From Ginglymostoma cirratum (taxonomy: Eukaryota): 64,000 bases of DNA. A program made the position numbers and the translations under genes. Below, in pieces: positions 23,400 through 35,938 of the stretch. Position 1 is the stretch's first letter, and the number at the start of each line of letters is the position of its first letter. The notes under the pieces are model-generated. The model saw nothing but the letters and a program-made list of their open reading frames with translations, was not told the origin of the DNA and did not search any database. The stretch is taken from positions 10,731,257 through 10,795,256 of the forward strand of contig JAHRHZ010000055.1 in assembly GCA_024137785.1 (NCBI GenBank). Direction: 5' to 3'.

Positions 23400-23910
23400 T
23401 CAACTCTACTTTCTCACCAGATCTACAAATAACTTGATTCCCTTTGAGCCCAAAGATTTATTGATTTCAGTCTTAAATATACTCATTGAGCATCTACAGC
23501 CTTTAAGGCTAAAGAATTCACAACTAAGTGAAGTAAAAACCTCCTCACCTCAGTCTTAAAATGATCCCTTATTATGAAAGACTATAAATTGAGAGCTAGA
23601 CTCAGCAGCAAGGAAAGATAATTTTCAGCATCTATCTTGTCGATTCCTCAAAGAATTATATAGATATATTGCAATATCATCTCTCATTCTTTGAAACACC
23701 CGGAAATATAGACCTATACTACTCAAGCTCTCCTCTTAGGCTACTCCTCTCATCCCAGGAATCAATTTGACTTTGCTTCAGCCCCCTTTAGAAGGTAGGT
23801 ACATTCTCCTGGTGGAACAAAGTCACAAATGTGAACTGTACTTCGAGTGCAGTCCCACAGCTTTTGTGTAATTGCAGTAAAGTTTCCTTACTCTTAAAGT
23901 CCAACCTTTT
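23400..23910 (-). mobile_element. Old CR1 3' fragment
   Basis: cctcctcacctcagtcttaaa; catcccaggaatcaat; agtttccttactctt, all similar to other minus-strand CR1 copies. Confidence 0.55.
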
Positions 23911-24014
23911 TTCTTCCTGGAATGCGTGATCCCTTTAAACATTTATATCTGGCTGCGTATGTTTAGCAACTTAAAAAGGTTGATGTATGTGCGCTTGCAC
24001 AAGATCATCTGAGA

Positions 24015-25895
24015 CATAGATGCCAGTTTTCAGGCAATTCGACTCACTCCACATAAGGTCAAGAAACGTTGGAGGCTCTGGATACTGCAAAGTCTCTGGG
24101 CCCTGACAATATTCAGGAAAAGCACTTATGCTCCAGAACCTGCCACTCTCCTAGCGAAGTTCTTCCAGTATATTACAACATTGTTATCTACAAGGCAATG
24201 TGGAAAATTGCACAGGTATGTCTTGCACCCGAAAAGCAGGACAAATCCAACTCGGCCAATTCCCACCACATCAGCCTACTCTCGGTCATCAGATGGAAGG
24301 TATCAACAACAGTGCTATCAAGCAGCACCTGCTCAGCAATAACCTGCTCACTGTTGTCCGGTTTGGGTTCCACTGGGGCCACTCAGTTTCTGACCTCGTT
24401 ACAGCCTAGGTTCAAACATGGACAAAAGAACTGAATTCCAGAGGTGAGGTCAGAGTGATAGCCCTTGATATCAAGGCTGCATTAGACCGAGTGTGGCAAA
24501 AAGGAGCCCTAGCAAAACTGGAATCAATGGGTATCAGGGGCAAACTCTATGCTGGTTCGAGTCATACCTGGCACATAGGAAGATGGTTGTGATTTCTGGA
24601 GATCAGTCATCTGAGCTCAGGACATCTCTGAAGGAGTTCCTCAGGATAGTGTCCTAGGCCCAAACTTCATCAGCTGCTTCATCAGTGACCTTCACTCCAA
24701 CAAAAGGTCGGAAGTGGGATGTTTGCCGATGATTACAGAACATTCAACACCATTCACGACTCCTCAGACACTGAAGCAGTCAATGTTCAAATGCAACAAG
24801 ATCTCGACAATATCCAGGCTTTGGCCGACAACTGGCAAGGAACAGTTGCACACATAAATGCCGGTCAATGGCCATCTCCGTTAAAAGACAAATCTACTCA
24901 CTGCACCTTGAAACTCAATGGTGTTACTGTCCCTGAATCCCCCACTTTCAACATCCTGGGGGGTTACCATTGACCAGAAACTCAACTGAACTTTCCATAT
25001 AAACTCAGTGGCTGCAAGAGCAGGTAACAGGTGAGTGGTATTATCGCTGGACTGCTAATCCAGAGACCCAGATAATGTTCTGGGGACCCGGGTTTGAATC
25101 CTGCCACGGCAGATGGTGGGATTTGTATTCAATAAAATATCTGGAAAGAAGAATCTAATGATGGCCATGAATCCATTGTCAATTGTTGGAAAAACCCATC
25201 TGGTTCACTGATGTCCTTTATGGAAGGAAACTGCTATCCTCACCTGGTCTGACCTACATGTAACTCCACACCCACAGCAATGTGGTTACTCTCAACTGCC
25301 CTCTGGGCAATTAGGGATGAGCAATAAATGCTGCCTAACCAGCGACACCCTCACTCTGTTAATGAATAAAATATATACTACGGTCCTGATACCTCCTGAC
25401 TCCCCAGACCCTGCGCAGCATCTACAAGGCACAAGTCATGAATGTGAGAGAAACCTACCAATTGCCTGGATGGGTGCAGCTCCTGCAACACTCAAGAAGC
25501 TCGACACCATCCAGGACAATGCAACCCGCTTGATTTGCACCACATCCATGAAGATCTTCTCCCTGCACCACCGACACTCAGTAGTAGCAGTGTGTAATAT
25601 CTACAAGATGCACTGCAGAAATTCACCAAAGATCCTTAGACAGCAATTTCCAAACCCACAACTATTTTCATCTAGAAGGACGAGAACAGCAGATAGTTGG
25701 GAACACCACCACATGCAAGGTCCCCTCGAAGCCACTTGCTATTCTGATTTAGAAATATAGCGCTGTTCCATCAGTGCTGTTGGATTTCCCTCCCTAACGG
25801 CATTGTGCCTGTATCTACTGTACATGGACTGCAGCGGTTCAAGAAAGCAGTTCACCACCACCTTCTCAAGGGCAACAAGTGAATAAAGAACAAAC
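24015..25895 (+). mobile_element. L2-type LINE, RT to 3' end, with a nested SINE
   Basis: Decayed RT motifs: MWKIAQV, ALDIKAA.DRVW, GVPQDSVLGP and MFADD (24719), then C-terminal LKKLDTIQD and a 3' UTR. Confidence 0.85.
25033..25372 (+). mobile_element. tRNA-derived SINE with L2-type tail
   Basis: agtggtattatcgctggactgctaatccagagaccc head, gggtttgaatcc B box, tail gggcaattagggatgagcaataaatgctg...aatgaataaaa. Confidence 0.8.
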
Positions 25896-26099
25896 ATGGT
25901 TTAGACTGAATGTTAACTCCAGCCATTGCTTATTGTACATATATTTTAATGTCCTGTGATTTCTGAACAAAGATGCTGAATTCTTTTGAATGCCAATATT
26001 GAAGAGTTTCTCACATCTAAAAGTACATTCTGCCCTCCTATTCTTCCAAGCATAATCTCAACTACCCCACATTATACTGTACCTGTCACTTTCTTTTAG

Positions 26100-26345
26100 A
26101 ATTTTTAGAATCCCTACAGTGTGGAAACAGGCCCTTCGGCCCAACAAGTCCACACCGAACCTTGGAGTATCCCAACTACACCCGTCCCCTTGTGACCCAC
26201 CTAATCTACACATCCCTGAACACTACCGGCAATTTAACATGGCCAATCCACCTAACCTGCACATCTTTGGATTGTGGGAGGAAACCAGAGCACCCGGAGG
26301 AAACCCACGCAGACACAGGGAGAATGTGCAAACTCCACAAAGACA
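26100..26345 (-). mobile_element. HE1-like V-SINE (3' two-thirds)
   Basis: tagaatccctacagtgtggaaacaggccc tail; ggccaatccacctaacctgcacatctttgg; gagaatgtgcaaactccaca. Confidence 0.85.
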
Positions 26346-26369
26346 CAGGAAAACGGAGTTAAAGCCACA

Positions 26370-26577
26370 AGGTGTAGAGCTGGATGAACACAGCAGGCCA
26401 AGCAGCATCAGAGGAGCAGAAAAGCTGACGTTTCGAGTCTGGACCCTTCTTCTGAAGAAGGGTCCAGACCCGAAATGTCAGCTTTTCTGTTCCTCTGATG
26501 CTGCCTGGCTTGCTGTATTCATCCAGCTGTACGCCTTGTTATCTCAGATTCTCCAGCATCGGCAGTTCCTACTATCT
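26370..26577. mobile_element. Family A fold-back pLTR/hammerhead mini-element with a 16-bp TSD
   Basis: TSD cggagttaaagccaca at 26354-26369 and 26578-26593. Near-perfect palindrome centred on 26453. Plus-strand core CTGAAGA-A-GGGTC-CA-GACCC-GAAAT-GTC. Confidence 0.92.
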
Positions 26578-26599
26578 CGGAGTTAAAGCCACAGTCCGA

Positions 26600-27400
26600 T
26601 CATAAGAACATAAGAACTAGGAACAACGGTAGGCTATTAAGTTCCTTGAGCCTACTCCACCATTTGATATGATCATGGCTGATCTCATCTCAGCCTCAGC
26701 TCCACTTTCCTACCAAATCTCCATAACCCTTCAAACCATTACTAATTAAAGATCAGTCCATCACCTCGTTAAATCTACTCAATGTCTCAGCATCCGACAC
26801 ACTCTGGGCCATTGAATTCCACAGATTCCTCACCCTTTCAGAGAGGTAATTTTTCCCCATCTCTATTTTTAATCTGCTACCCCTTACCATGAAACCACAC
26901 CTCTCATTCTAGATCAGTCAGTAAATGGAAACAGGCCTGAGGAGTGAACAACCTACCCTGCTCTTCTTTCATGTGATCTCATGATTCACAAACAGATTTG
27001 TCAAACATAATTTTCTCTTCATAAATCTGTGTTGACTCTGCCTAGTTAAGCTATTTAAGCACCATTATCATATCCTTAACAGCAAGTCTCAGCTATTACT
27101 GAAGTCAAGCTAAACAACCTGCAGTCCCCTACTTTCTCTCTCCTTTCATCATTGTACAGGAAGGTTACATTTGCTATTTTCCAATTTATAGGGACTGTTC
27201 TAAAGGTTCGGCACTTCTGGAAGATCTACAGCAATGCATCACAATCTGTGCAGCGACCTCTATTAGAACCTTATGATGCAGGTCATTAGGTCCAGCAGAT
27301 CTGGCAGCTTTTAGTTGCATTAATTTCTATAGTGGGTTTTCTTTACTAATATTAATTAATTTAAGTTCCCTCACTCTCTGAGGTACACACAATCATTGGT
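26600..27400 (-). mobile_element. CR1 fragments (3' end ~26600-26935; internal RT ~26990-27400)
   Basis: cataagaacataagaactagga tail; gatttgtcaaacataattttctcttcataaatc and gaagtcaagctaaac RT remnants. Confidence 0.7.
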
Positions 27401-28164
27401 AACTTGTTTGTCACTTGTGAAAAGAGACACAAAATATTTTTCTTACTTCTCTTTCATTTCCCTATTCTTTGCTATAATTTCTCTCATCCCCACTCCAAAA
27501 GGCCTATCTTCATTTACATCAAGACATTCAGGAAACTGTCACCTACAAAAGTAGTCAAAGTGCCAACCAGTATGATACAAATTGGACATGGGTTTCATCA
27601 TAGGTGTCAGCACTTTATGTCTATTACAACTATTACACTTTCAGTCATAGAATTATGACAGGAAACATCTAAATCATCGGACCAATGCTAAACAGTAAAG
27701 AAAGCAAACATACAGGCTGTATTATTAACATGAAAATTCCATCACTTCCTACACCACTTTATAGTTTTCCATTGATCCACATTTTTTCAATGGCTTCACC
27801 TGTAGGAGTGTAAATACTTAATAATCACAAATAACCACTGGACAAAACACATTGTCCTCCAGCACCAAGACAAATCTTAACTCTATTTACACTTTATTTA
27901 TCTACTTCACACCGACGCTATACATTCATGTCCTCTCACTGAACACTCAGCAACTTAAGAGTTGACACTAAATTAAATGTTCTCGGTAAAATATGGCACA
28001 ATAATTACTTTGCAAGCCTGCAATTGCTCAGTGATAGTTAAACTTAGGCTGCTTTCAAAATGTATCTATTTTGGTCAGTCTGAAGTCTAGCATCACAGTG
28101 CCTCAGAATCAAATCAACTGAGAGATGGTGGGCAACTTTGCCTTATTGCTCCTGTTCCCTTTAC

Positions 28165-28380
28165 ACAGCATCATAGAACTGTGCTAGCACAGATGAAAGC
28201 CAGTCTGCCCATAGTGCCTGTCCCAGCTCCTTCCAAGAGCAACTCAATGCCTTCCTTTCTTCATCAGCTGGTAAATATTTCCTCTTCAAATAATGATCCA
28301 GCCTTCTTTTGAAAGCCACAATTAAATCTGCCTCCATTTGAAAGTCTAACCACCTTAATATGGCAAAGTTCACATGCTAG
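28165..28380 (-). mobile_element. CR1 3' tail (old)
   Basis: catcatagaactgtgctagcacaga tail; minus ORF EADLIVAFKRRLDHYL. Confidence 0.6.
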
Positions 28381-29214
28381 ATACAATCCAAAATTTAGCC
28401 TGATGTACTCCATAGTTTTCACTTTCTTCACAAGATCCTGTGAGGCATTAAGTCAAAAGTATTTTTAAAAATTGATGTAAGCAATGCATATATTCTTCCT
28501 AACCTTTGCACTAATCTCCACTAGTGGAAATGCACTAGTCTCATAAAATCCCAACTTGCCTTCCGTCTTCCTTTCAGGCAGAAAAGCAATTTGTTCCTGT
28601 CTAATTACTCTGTAGGCCATTAGAGAATCTAAATGCATGTTGTGACATCCTGAGAGACCACTTTAAAAGCCATGGATATCAATAAGATTTCCTGGCAGTT
28701 TACAGCTTCAGTATGTCATCTCCCAGGCTATGGATAGAAGCCACTATTGCATCACTCGAAAGAGACTCACATTCAATATTTCTAAAGCACAACCTCAAAA
28801 TGACTCCCTGGTTTCGCCATTTTACTCCTCTCCTTCCCACTCTTTTACCGTCTTACCTCATGAATTTGGCAGTTAAATAAGGTATTCAAAATTAACAAAT
28901 GTTCTATGTCTCTCATCATTTTGTTTAATCTTTACTAACTAATTTCCTGAGACGTACAGTAGAAGGACATTACATCCTTTTCTTCAAAGTATTAACAGTG
29001 CAGAAGCAAGTCATTTGGATGAACGCGTAGTCAAATGTTCATGCTTTTTCCTCACCTCCTCCAACCTCAATGTATATCCTTCTCTTCCTTTCTCCGTTAT
29101 ACTCTGTTAGTTTCATCTTAAATGCTTCAATGTTATTTGTCTCATTCATGCTCTGAAGTAGTTCCACATCGTCACCACACTCTGCGTCCTGTTGCTGAAT
29201 TCCCCAAAGGACTT

Positions 29215-29525
29215 ACTTATAAAAGTGTTGAAAGACCTAAGCAGAGGATAGAGAGAGAACCAGTTCCCACTAAATAAAGGATTGTGAACCAAGGGAAGTG
29301 ATTAGTAAAGAAACTAAAGGCAATATGAGGAAATACTTTTGCATATTGTGAGACCCATTTACTGCCTGACAATATGGTGGAGGCCAGTTTACTTGAGGCT
29401 TTGAAATGGAAATTGGATAAATATGTGAAAAGAAAAATTTACATGGCCACAGGGATGCACCTGTAGGGAGCCAGCTGAATGGGCTGTATGGCTACTTTTT
29501 GTGGCGCAACCACTCTATAATTCTA
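29215..29525 (+). mobile_element. CR1 3' fragment (old)
   Basis: atgaggaaatacttt...ggtggaggcc...ttgaggcttt...ttggataaatat; tail ctctataattcta. Confidence 0.55.
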
Positions 29526-29799
29526 CAGTCTCCAGCCCATTATGTAAGCATAAGGATGATGCACAGTATGAGAAAAACAAGAATGCAATTCCTATCAATA
29601 AGAAAAAAGTAGACGGAGAAGAATTTCTTTTCCCCTTGACAATTAAAGTACCAGTGAAAAAACATTCAAACACGTGATTTCTAAAAATGTGATTTTATTT
29701 GAAAACTGAACATTCTTCCTTTCCTTCCACACTCTAAGGCACATGCACATACCCCGGCACTACAATTAAAGCAACACACTGCTGGGAAAAGAGTGAAAT

Positions 29800-30195
29800 T
29801 GGGGTTCAGTTGGTAGCATTGATGGCTCTGAATATGCATGTTGTAGGTTCAATTCCAACCTGAGTGCAGTAGAGGGAGTGCTGCACTGTCAGAGGTGCTA
29901 TCTTTTGAATGAAACATTAAACTGAAGCTTTGTCACTTACATAGTTGTGAAAGATCTCATGATTCTATTTTTAAAGAAGAATAGATCATGAATCCCTGGT
30001 GCCCTGTCCAATACTTATCCCACAATTATCACCAAAGCAGTCATCATTGATTTTGGAAACCTGCTAAAGTGGCATTTCCTATACCACAATACAACAATGA
30101 TTGCACTTCCAAAGTAATCTATCAGCTATAAAATGCTTTGGGATGACTTGAGGTTACAAAACAGCATTAGGTAAATGCAATTCTTCCCTTTCTGT
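29800..30195 (+). mobile_element. DeuSINE (SacSINE1/AmnSINE1-like Deu domain)
   Basis: gagggagtgctgcactgtcagaggtgctatcttttgaatgaaacattaaactga Deu-domain; L2-type tail gctttgggatgacttgaggt...taaatgcaa. Confidence 0.75.
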
Positions 30196-31789
30196 TTGAA
30201 CTGGCAGAACAGGGTGATTGAATGCATAGGTTTGACTGATGAAATCACTTTTGGGGGACTTGTCCATCTGGTTAGTGTGTTAAGAGGCTAAATGCTGCTG
30301 CATATTTTTTGGTAAAATTACCAAATCAATTTGTTGCGAAGTGCATAAAACAAAAAAGAATTTACCAGGTTTAAATGTACAATTTCAGAATTTTCAAATG
30401 GGATTTCATGATAGAATGCGACATCAATATAGACTTCCCTTTTAAGCTGGCATGTACTTACCTTTCCCTTTCTCTTCCAATACATGTTGAGAATGTTGAG
30501 TGTACCAGAGCTAAAGATGCTCATGAAACTGTTGATTTACATCATAGCCATAAAAATTGAGATTATTCTTGAGGTGTCATTTTTCTGGGCTTTTGCCAAC
30601 TTTCCCAAAACTGTGCCACTTTCAAAGTTGACTGGTATGTATATATTGGGTTGAGGAGGGGTTCCATCCGTTTCTAGGCACCCTGCCAAAGCTTCAAAAT
30701 AATGGAATATTCATCCCTAATGCTTCAATGTCATTTAATATGTTCCACATTTTCTGTTTAATTCTGGTGTAGAAACGAACAGCAGGGCTCATGAATGATG
30801 CCTGAAATCACATCATTTTGAGGTGCTTTAATTAGAGAAAATATCCATATAATAGAAACCACTAGAATAAAACAGTACGTACATTAGTGAAACAGTGACA
30901 AGTTTGGAGCCCATTATAAGGAAGCCAAGGAAATCACCAACTATTGAGGAGTGTAATCTACAATATATGGTTTGTAGCAACTTATAGTTATCGGGTGGCA
31001 TCAACTGAAATTCAATACCGTGTGCGCAAATTGATACTTGTGTTCAGTCATTAGGACAGAGTTCAGCAGCAATGCCTGCATACACATTATTTAACAGTCA
31101 ACTCATGCACTGCAGGTTACTTAACTGAGGATTCACACAATACCCAGTACATGAGAGAACCCACACAGTGCACCGACATGAGTTCAATATTGAACAATCA
31201 GAAATGCATGAGCCTAGCCATTGCATAACAGACCCTAATGCCTGCCTCTTTAAAAGTGACAACCTTTCTTCTATGTCTGAATACCCATCAAATCACGTGT
31301 TGGTTCAAAATCAAAGAACACTTCTGCCATCTCAATGAAAAGTTTCTTAGAATAGTTTCAAGTAAATTTCATTCTGTTGCTAAGCAGCATTGAGCTCCAT
31401 TCCATCCAGCCTCTAGAACTGGAGATCACTGCAGTTCACAGTAGGGAAGCAAAAAGTAGATGTTTGCTATGTTCTAAAACAAGAGCACAAGCTAAAATTT
31501 AACAATCTCTTTAGGGTAGGCCTTTTCAGTTATGAGACAGGATTACTTATTTTGCAACTAAATATAATTAGATAAGTCCCTTTTGTCTAGCGCCTGTACA
31601 AATACCTTTTGAATGACTTTATTGTCATGTGTATTTTTACAGTGAGAAATACAGTAAAATAAAGTGAAAAGCTTTCATCCATTGCCACGACCCGGGCCCA
31701 CAAAAATACTTCTGTGGAACTTTCAAAGTCATTATTGCAATAATTTCCAATGGTTAAGACTAACACAGAGAGATGATTCATTGAAACAC

Positions 31790-32150
31790 ACAAGATTATG
31801 AGACAGAGCAGTTGGTTTTCCTGGCTGAGGAATCTAGGGCACTAGGGTATATAGTCACAGCATAAAGGTGTCAATCATTTAGGACTGAGATGACGAAAAA
31901 TTTCTTCACTCACAGGATTGTGAATCTTTGGAGTTCTCTACTCCAGAAGGTGGTAGGTGCTATATAATTGAATACATTAAAGTTTGAGACAGATGGATAT
32001 TTGGTCTCTCAGGAAATTAAGGGACCTCAGGAGCAGGTGTGAAAGTGGATTTAAGGCAGAAGATGAGGCATGATCATAGAGTACGACAGAACAGGCTACA
32101 GGAGAAATTTTGTCTACTCGTGCTGACATTTCTTAAGATCACAAATGTAA
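31790..32150 (+). mobile_element. CR1 3' fragment
   Basis: tttaggactgagatgacgaaaaatttcttcactcacaggattgtgaatctttggagttctcta; tail tttcttaagatc. Confidence 0.75.
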
Positions 32151-32669
32151 CAGGAAAATATTGTGCAATTTGTCATTCAAACACAATTCATGCAAAATTT
32201 TCTTCTCTGCAACGAGGAGGGAATCAACAACCTGTTTAAAATAAAGACGTTAATGACTTCTTTAGAACAACAATAATGTATCCCCTACAAATGCTGGTAA
32301 TCTTCACCTAAATGTTAGCTGATAGATTGCAGGGTGAGCTAGAAATTAAATGGGTAAAGCATTATAATCTGCTGACTGCACATCATCACTGTCAATATAG
32401 CAAAATCTCAATTATCACTTCAGCAGAGGGGACCCCACAGCTACTGGAAATTGTGGATTGTCAATTCCAATTCGAAGTAGATACAAAGGATTATATGTAA
32501 AAATGACCAGCAATTCCAGCAGCGGCCTCCAATAAGATGAATACCCCAACTAGATCAGACAAGTACAATATATTCTACTTTTAGTTCTCAACTCTGTAAC
32601 TTTGTTGGATCTCTTTAACTGAAGTTAAAAAAGAGGGAGAAGTGTATACTAAAGGTAGAATGTATTGTA

Positions 32670-32886
32670 CAGGAGTCCCCAATTTGTGAATGCCTGTCTT
32701 ACAGAAGCCCATACTTACAAACACAATCTCATACAGGGGTACACTTTTAAAGACCCAACGTACAAACATTTCCTGAACTTATGAACAGTTTCTTTATATT
32801 GTCGTGCATTGTGTTCCGACTTGCATGCAAACGGAGCTGTGGACAGACTCCAGTGCAGAACCTGCTCACAACCTGGGGATTGCCTG
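32670..32886. mobile_element. Tigger/pogo-type (Tc1-mariner superfamily) MITE
   Basis: TA|caggagtcccc ... ggggattgcctg|TA: imperfect TIRs starting CAG with a TA duplication; non-coding, 217 bp. Confidence 0.75.
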
Positions 32887-33309
32887 TACTCAGTCACTCA
32901 GTAATTGATACAATTGCTATGTTGTCACTATCAACAATTTTGCCACTGTTTCACTACCATTGTCACTAATATGGGGTAAGAACAACAGGGCTGAAAGAAT
33001 TGTCTCAAAATTACTGTGCATTTTTGTCTTGTATCACATGGGCTCTCTTTGCTTCCTATATAATAATCAGTTTCTGATCCAGTGCCATTTTCTACCTTGG
33101 ATTCCCGTGACTTTAATTAGTCTTTAATGCTACTCTGATAAATGTCCCACTGGCCCTGAGAAACTAATTTTATATTCATGGATTTTTTTTTCAAAACTTT
33201 ACTCATGGTATTTCAATTCCTATCATAATCCCAAGTGTATGTCCCAATCATTTATTTTGTTTTACAGAAAATTTTAATCAGGAATGTTCAGTAGATTTTG
33301 CTTCCTTGC

Positions 33310-33760
33310 CATGGCTGAGATGGTAGCACTCTCACCTCTGAACTCACAAGACTCTGAGTAAGTTCCACTCTTAACAATTAAGACTGCCAATCTAGTGCAG
33401 TGCTGAGGTAATGCTGCACCATCTGAAGTGCCATTTTTCAGATGAGGCACTAAACAAAGGCCCTATTGCCAATTTAGGGAGATGAAAAAGCTCTGTGGCA
33501 CTATTTTAAAAATTAGGGGAGTTATTCCCTTTTGTCAAATGTCATAAACTAAGGATACAGTTATCCAGTAGTCATCCTACAAACAATATCATAAAAACAG
33601 ATTATCTGGTTATTACCGCATTGCTGCCGATGGAAGTTTGTTGTGTATAAATGCCACATTTTCTCTATTACACCAAAGATTACTCTATTGGCTGCAAAGC
33701 ACTTGGGGATATTCTGTGATCATGAAAAGCACTATATCAATGTAAGTTTTTCTTTCTTCT
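33310..33760 (+). mobile_element. DeuSINE (SacSINE1-like)
   Basis: catggctgagatggtagcactctcacctctga head; gtgcagtgctgaggtaatgctgcaccatctgaagtgccatttttcagatgag Deu domain; aagcactatatcaatgtaagt tail. Confidence 0.8.
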
Positions 33761-34001
33761 GGTTTCCTACCTGTGAGTATACTCTGATGTGATTTGCTGT
33801 TCCTTTGCTTGATGATGTCTCTGCGGCTGGTTGCCGAGAGGTCTCCAAGACCTGTCATCAACTTCACACTGGCATCAGGAAAGTGACAATCCATGCCACA
33901 AGAGATCACTAGATCTTTTGGGACAGCATTTTTTGAGGTCAGCCACAAGTACTGTCTGCCCACAAATTCAGGGCAAAATTTCTCAAACCCACAGCTGAAT
34001 T

Positions 34002-34284
34002 GGGTGGCACAGTGGCTGAGTGGTTAGCACTGCTGCCTCAGAGTGCCAAGGATGTGGGTTTGATTCCAGCCTTGGGTGACTGTCTGTGTAGAGTCTGCAC
34101 ATTCTCCCCGTGCCTGTGCAGGTTTCCTCTGGATGCTCTGGTTTTCTCCCACAGTCCAAAGATGTGCAGGTTGGGGGGATTTGCAGGGATAGGGCTGGGT
34201 GTGGGTGGGATGCTCTTCAGAAGGTCAGTATGGACTTGGTGGGCCAAATGGCATGCTTCCACAATGTAGGGATTCTATGATTCT
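34002..34284 (+). mobile_element. HE1-like V-SINE
   Basis: gggtggcacagtggctgagtggttagcactgctgcctca head through tagggattctatgattc tail. Confidence 0.85.
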
Positions 34285-35152
34285 TAAATGTTAATAAGGA
34301 AAAGAGTATCAAATGAATTTACCAAGAAACAAATGCATGGAAAAGCCCAGGAGATATTTCTATTGAAGTTGAAATATTATTGGCAGTGATATGCTGGTTA
34401 CTTCGGGACATATAAGAGTGCTACCAAGAGGGGTTTTGCACCAAGAAAACCACATTGGACTGTTGGAGGAGAACGGAGTTGTCAACTGGCTTAAATACTG
34501 TAAGATGGTTATGAAGAACAAGGAGGTGAATTATGCAAACTGCAGCTTACAGCTATCTAGCCTACAAAGGTTGATCACACATTTTCCATTAGTGCTTATA
34601 TTATGTATGTCACAGGTTCACTCATTTAAATTGTGCGTGCTTCGCATTTTAAAAAGGTCATTCCTCAACACTGTTTCCTCATTGGTGTATCACACTATCA
34701 CATCAGGGAGAATGGGAAGGCAGGACAGGGTTAAGGAGAGCAGAGCCAGTGTATCAGGGAAAGTTGAGACAGCACAGCAATTTTACAGTAAGAAATATTG
34801 ATAACTGGTATCGTAAAGAATGGTAGATAATTCTCCTAAATGCAAATCTGTGTGCCATCAGCCTTAAGATAGGAAAGAGCGATGTGGTAAGTGACAGCCA
34901 TCTCTCCTAAATTACTGAAGGTTACAGGGAAAAAGAGTGCATCTTCATTTCACAATATTTTGAGCAGTTTTTTTTCAAGTGCTTAAAATGCACAAGCACA
35001 AGCTCATTAATTACCAGAACTATAACTGTAACTAATTTGATGGTATTCAATTTCCTGAAGAAAATTTCAAAATTTATTAAATAAATTCAAGCTTTAGATG
35101 TTATTAAGCTATAGTGAAAGGATGTGGTGATATGTGTGTAATGTTTTAAACT

Positions 35153-35299
35153 NNNNNNNNNNNNNNNNNNNNNNNNNNNNNNNNNNNNNNNNNNNNNNNN
35201 NNNNNNNNNNNNNNNNNNNNNNNNNNNNNNNNNNNNNNNNNNNNNNNNNNNNNNNNNNNNNNNNNNNNNNNNNNNNNNNNNNNNNNNNNNNNNNNNNNN
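35153..35299. other. Assembly gap (147 N)
   Basis: Run of N. Confidence 1.
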
Positions 35300-35510
35300 T
35301 GCTGGTTAGCACAGTTGGCTGATTTGCAATACAGAATGATGCCAATAGAGTGGGTTCAATTCCCATACCAGCGGACATTATCATGAATGCCCTACATCCT
35401 CAAGCTTGTCCCCTACCTGTGATGGGCTGATCCTTAGGTTAAACGCATCAACAGTCATCTTCCTCTGATGAGAGAGCAGCCCTGAAGGACTATGGTGATC
35501 TTAACCTTAA
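35300..35510 (+). mobile_element. tRNA-derived SINE (further family)
   Basis: gttagcacagttgg A-box-like, gggttcaattcc B box, 3' part homologous to 16140-16262. Confidence 0.65.
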
Positions 35511-35642
35511 CAGTCACAACCAAACATTTCTCAGGTAAAGTGGTGGCAGAAAGCAGGGAGAGGTATCCCAGGTGCGCATGTTCTACATTTCAAAGTACAC
35601 ATTTTTTCTTTAATTTCATACTTTGTTCTTACATATGGCTGT

Positions 35643-35938
35643 TAACTAGAGGGTGTAGGTTTAAGGTGAGAAGGGAAAGATTTAAAAGGGACCGAAGGAA
35701 CAACCTTTTCACACAGAAGGTGGTGCGTGTATTGAACAAGCTGCCAGAGGAAGTGATGGAGGCTGGTACAATTACAACATTTAAAAGGCATCTGGATGGG
35801 TATATGAATAGGAAGAGTTGAGAGAGATATGGGCTAAAGGCCGGCAAATGGGACCAGATTAATTTAGGATATCTGGTTGACTTGGATGAGTTGGACTGAA
35901 GGGTCTGTTTCCATGCTGTACAGCTCTCTGATTCTATG
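35643..35938 (+). mobile_element. CR1 3' end
   Basis: TRGCRFKVRRERFKRDRRNNLFTQKVVRVLNKLPEEVMEAG ORF2 C-terminus; tail ctctctgattctatg. Confidence 0.85.

Noticed and set aside
26119-26586. 155-aa ORF
   Set aside because: Chance read-through of an antisense SINE and the pLTR hairpin.
35109-35384. ORFs across the first gap
   Set aside because: Mostly X residues from the N run.
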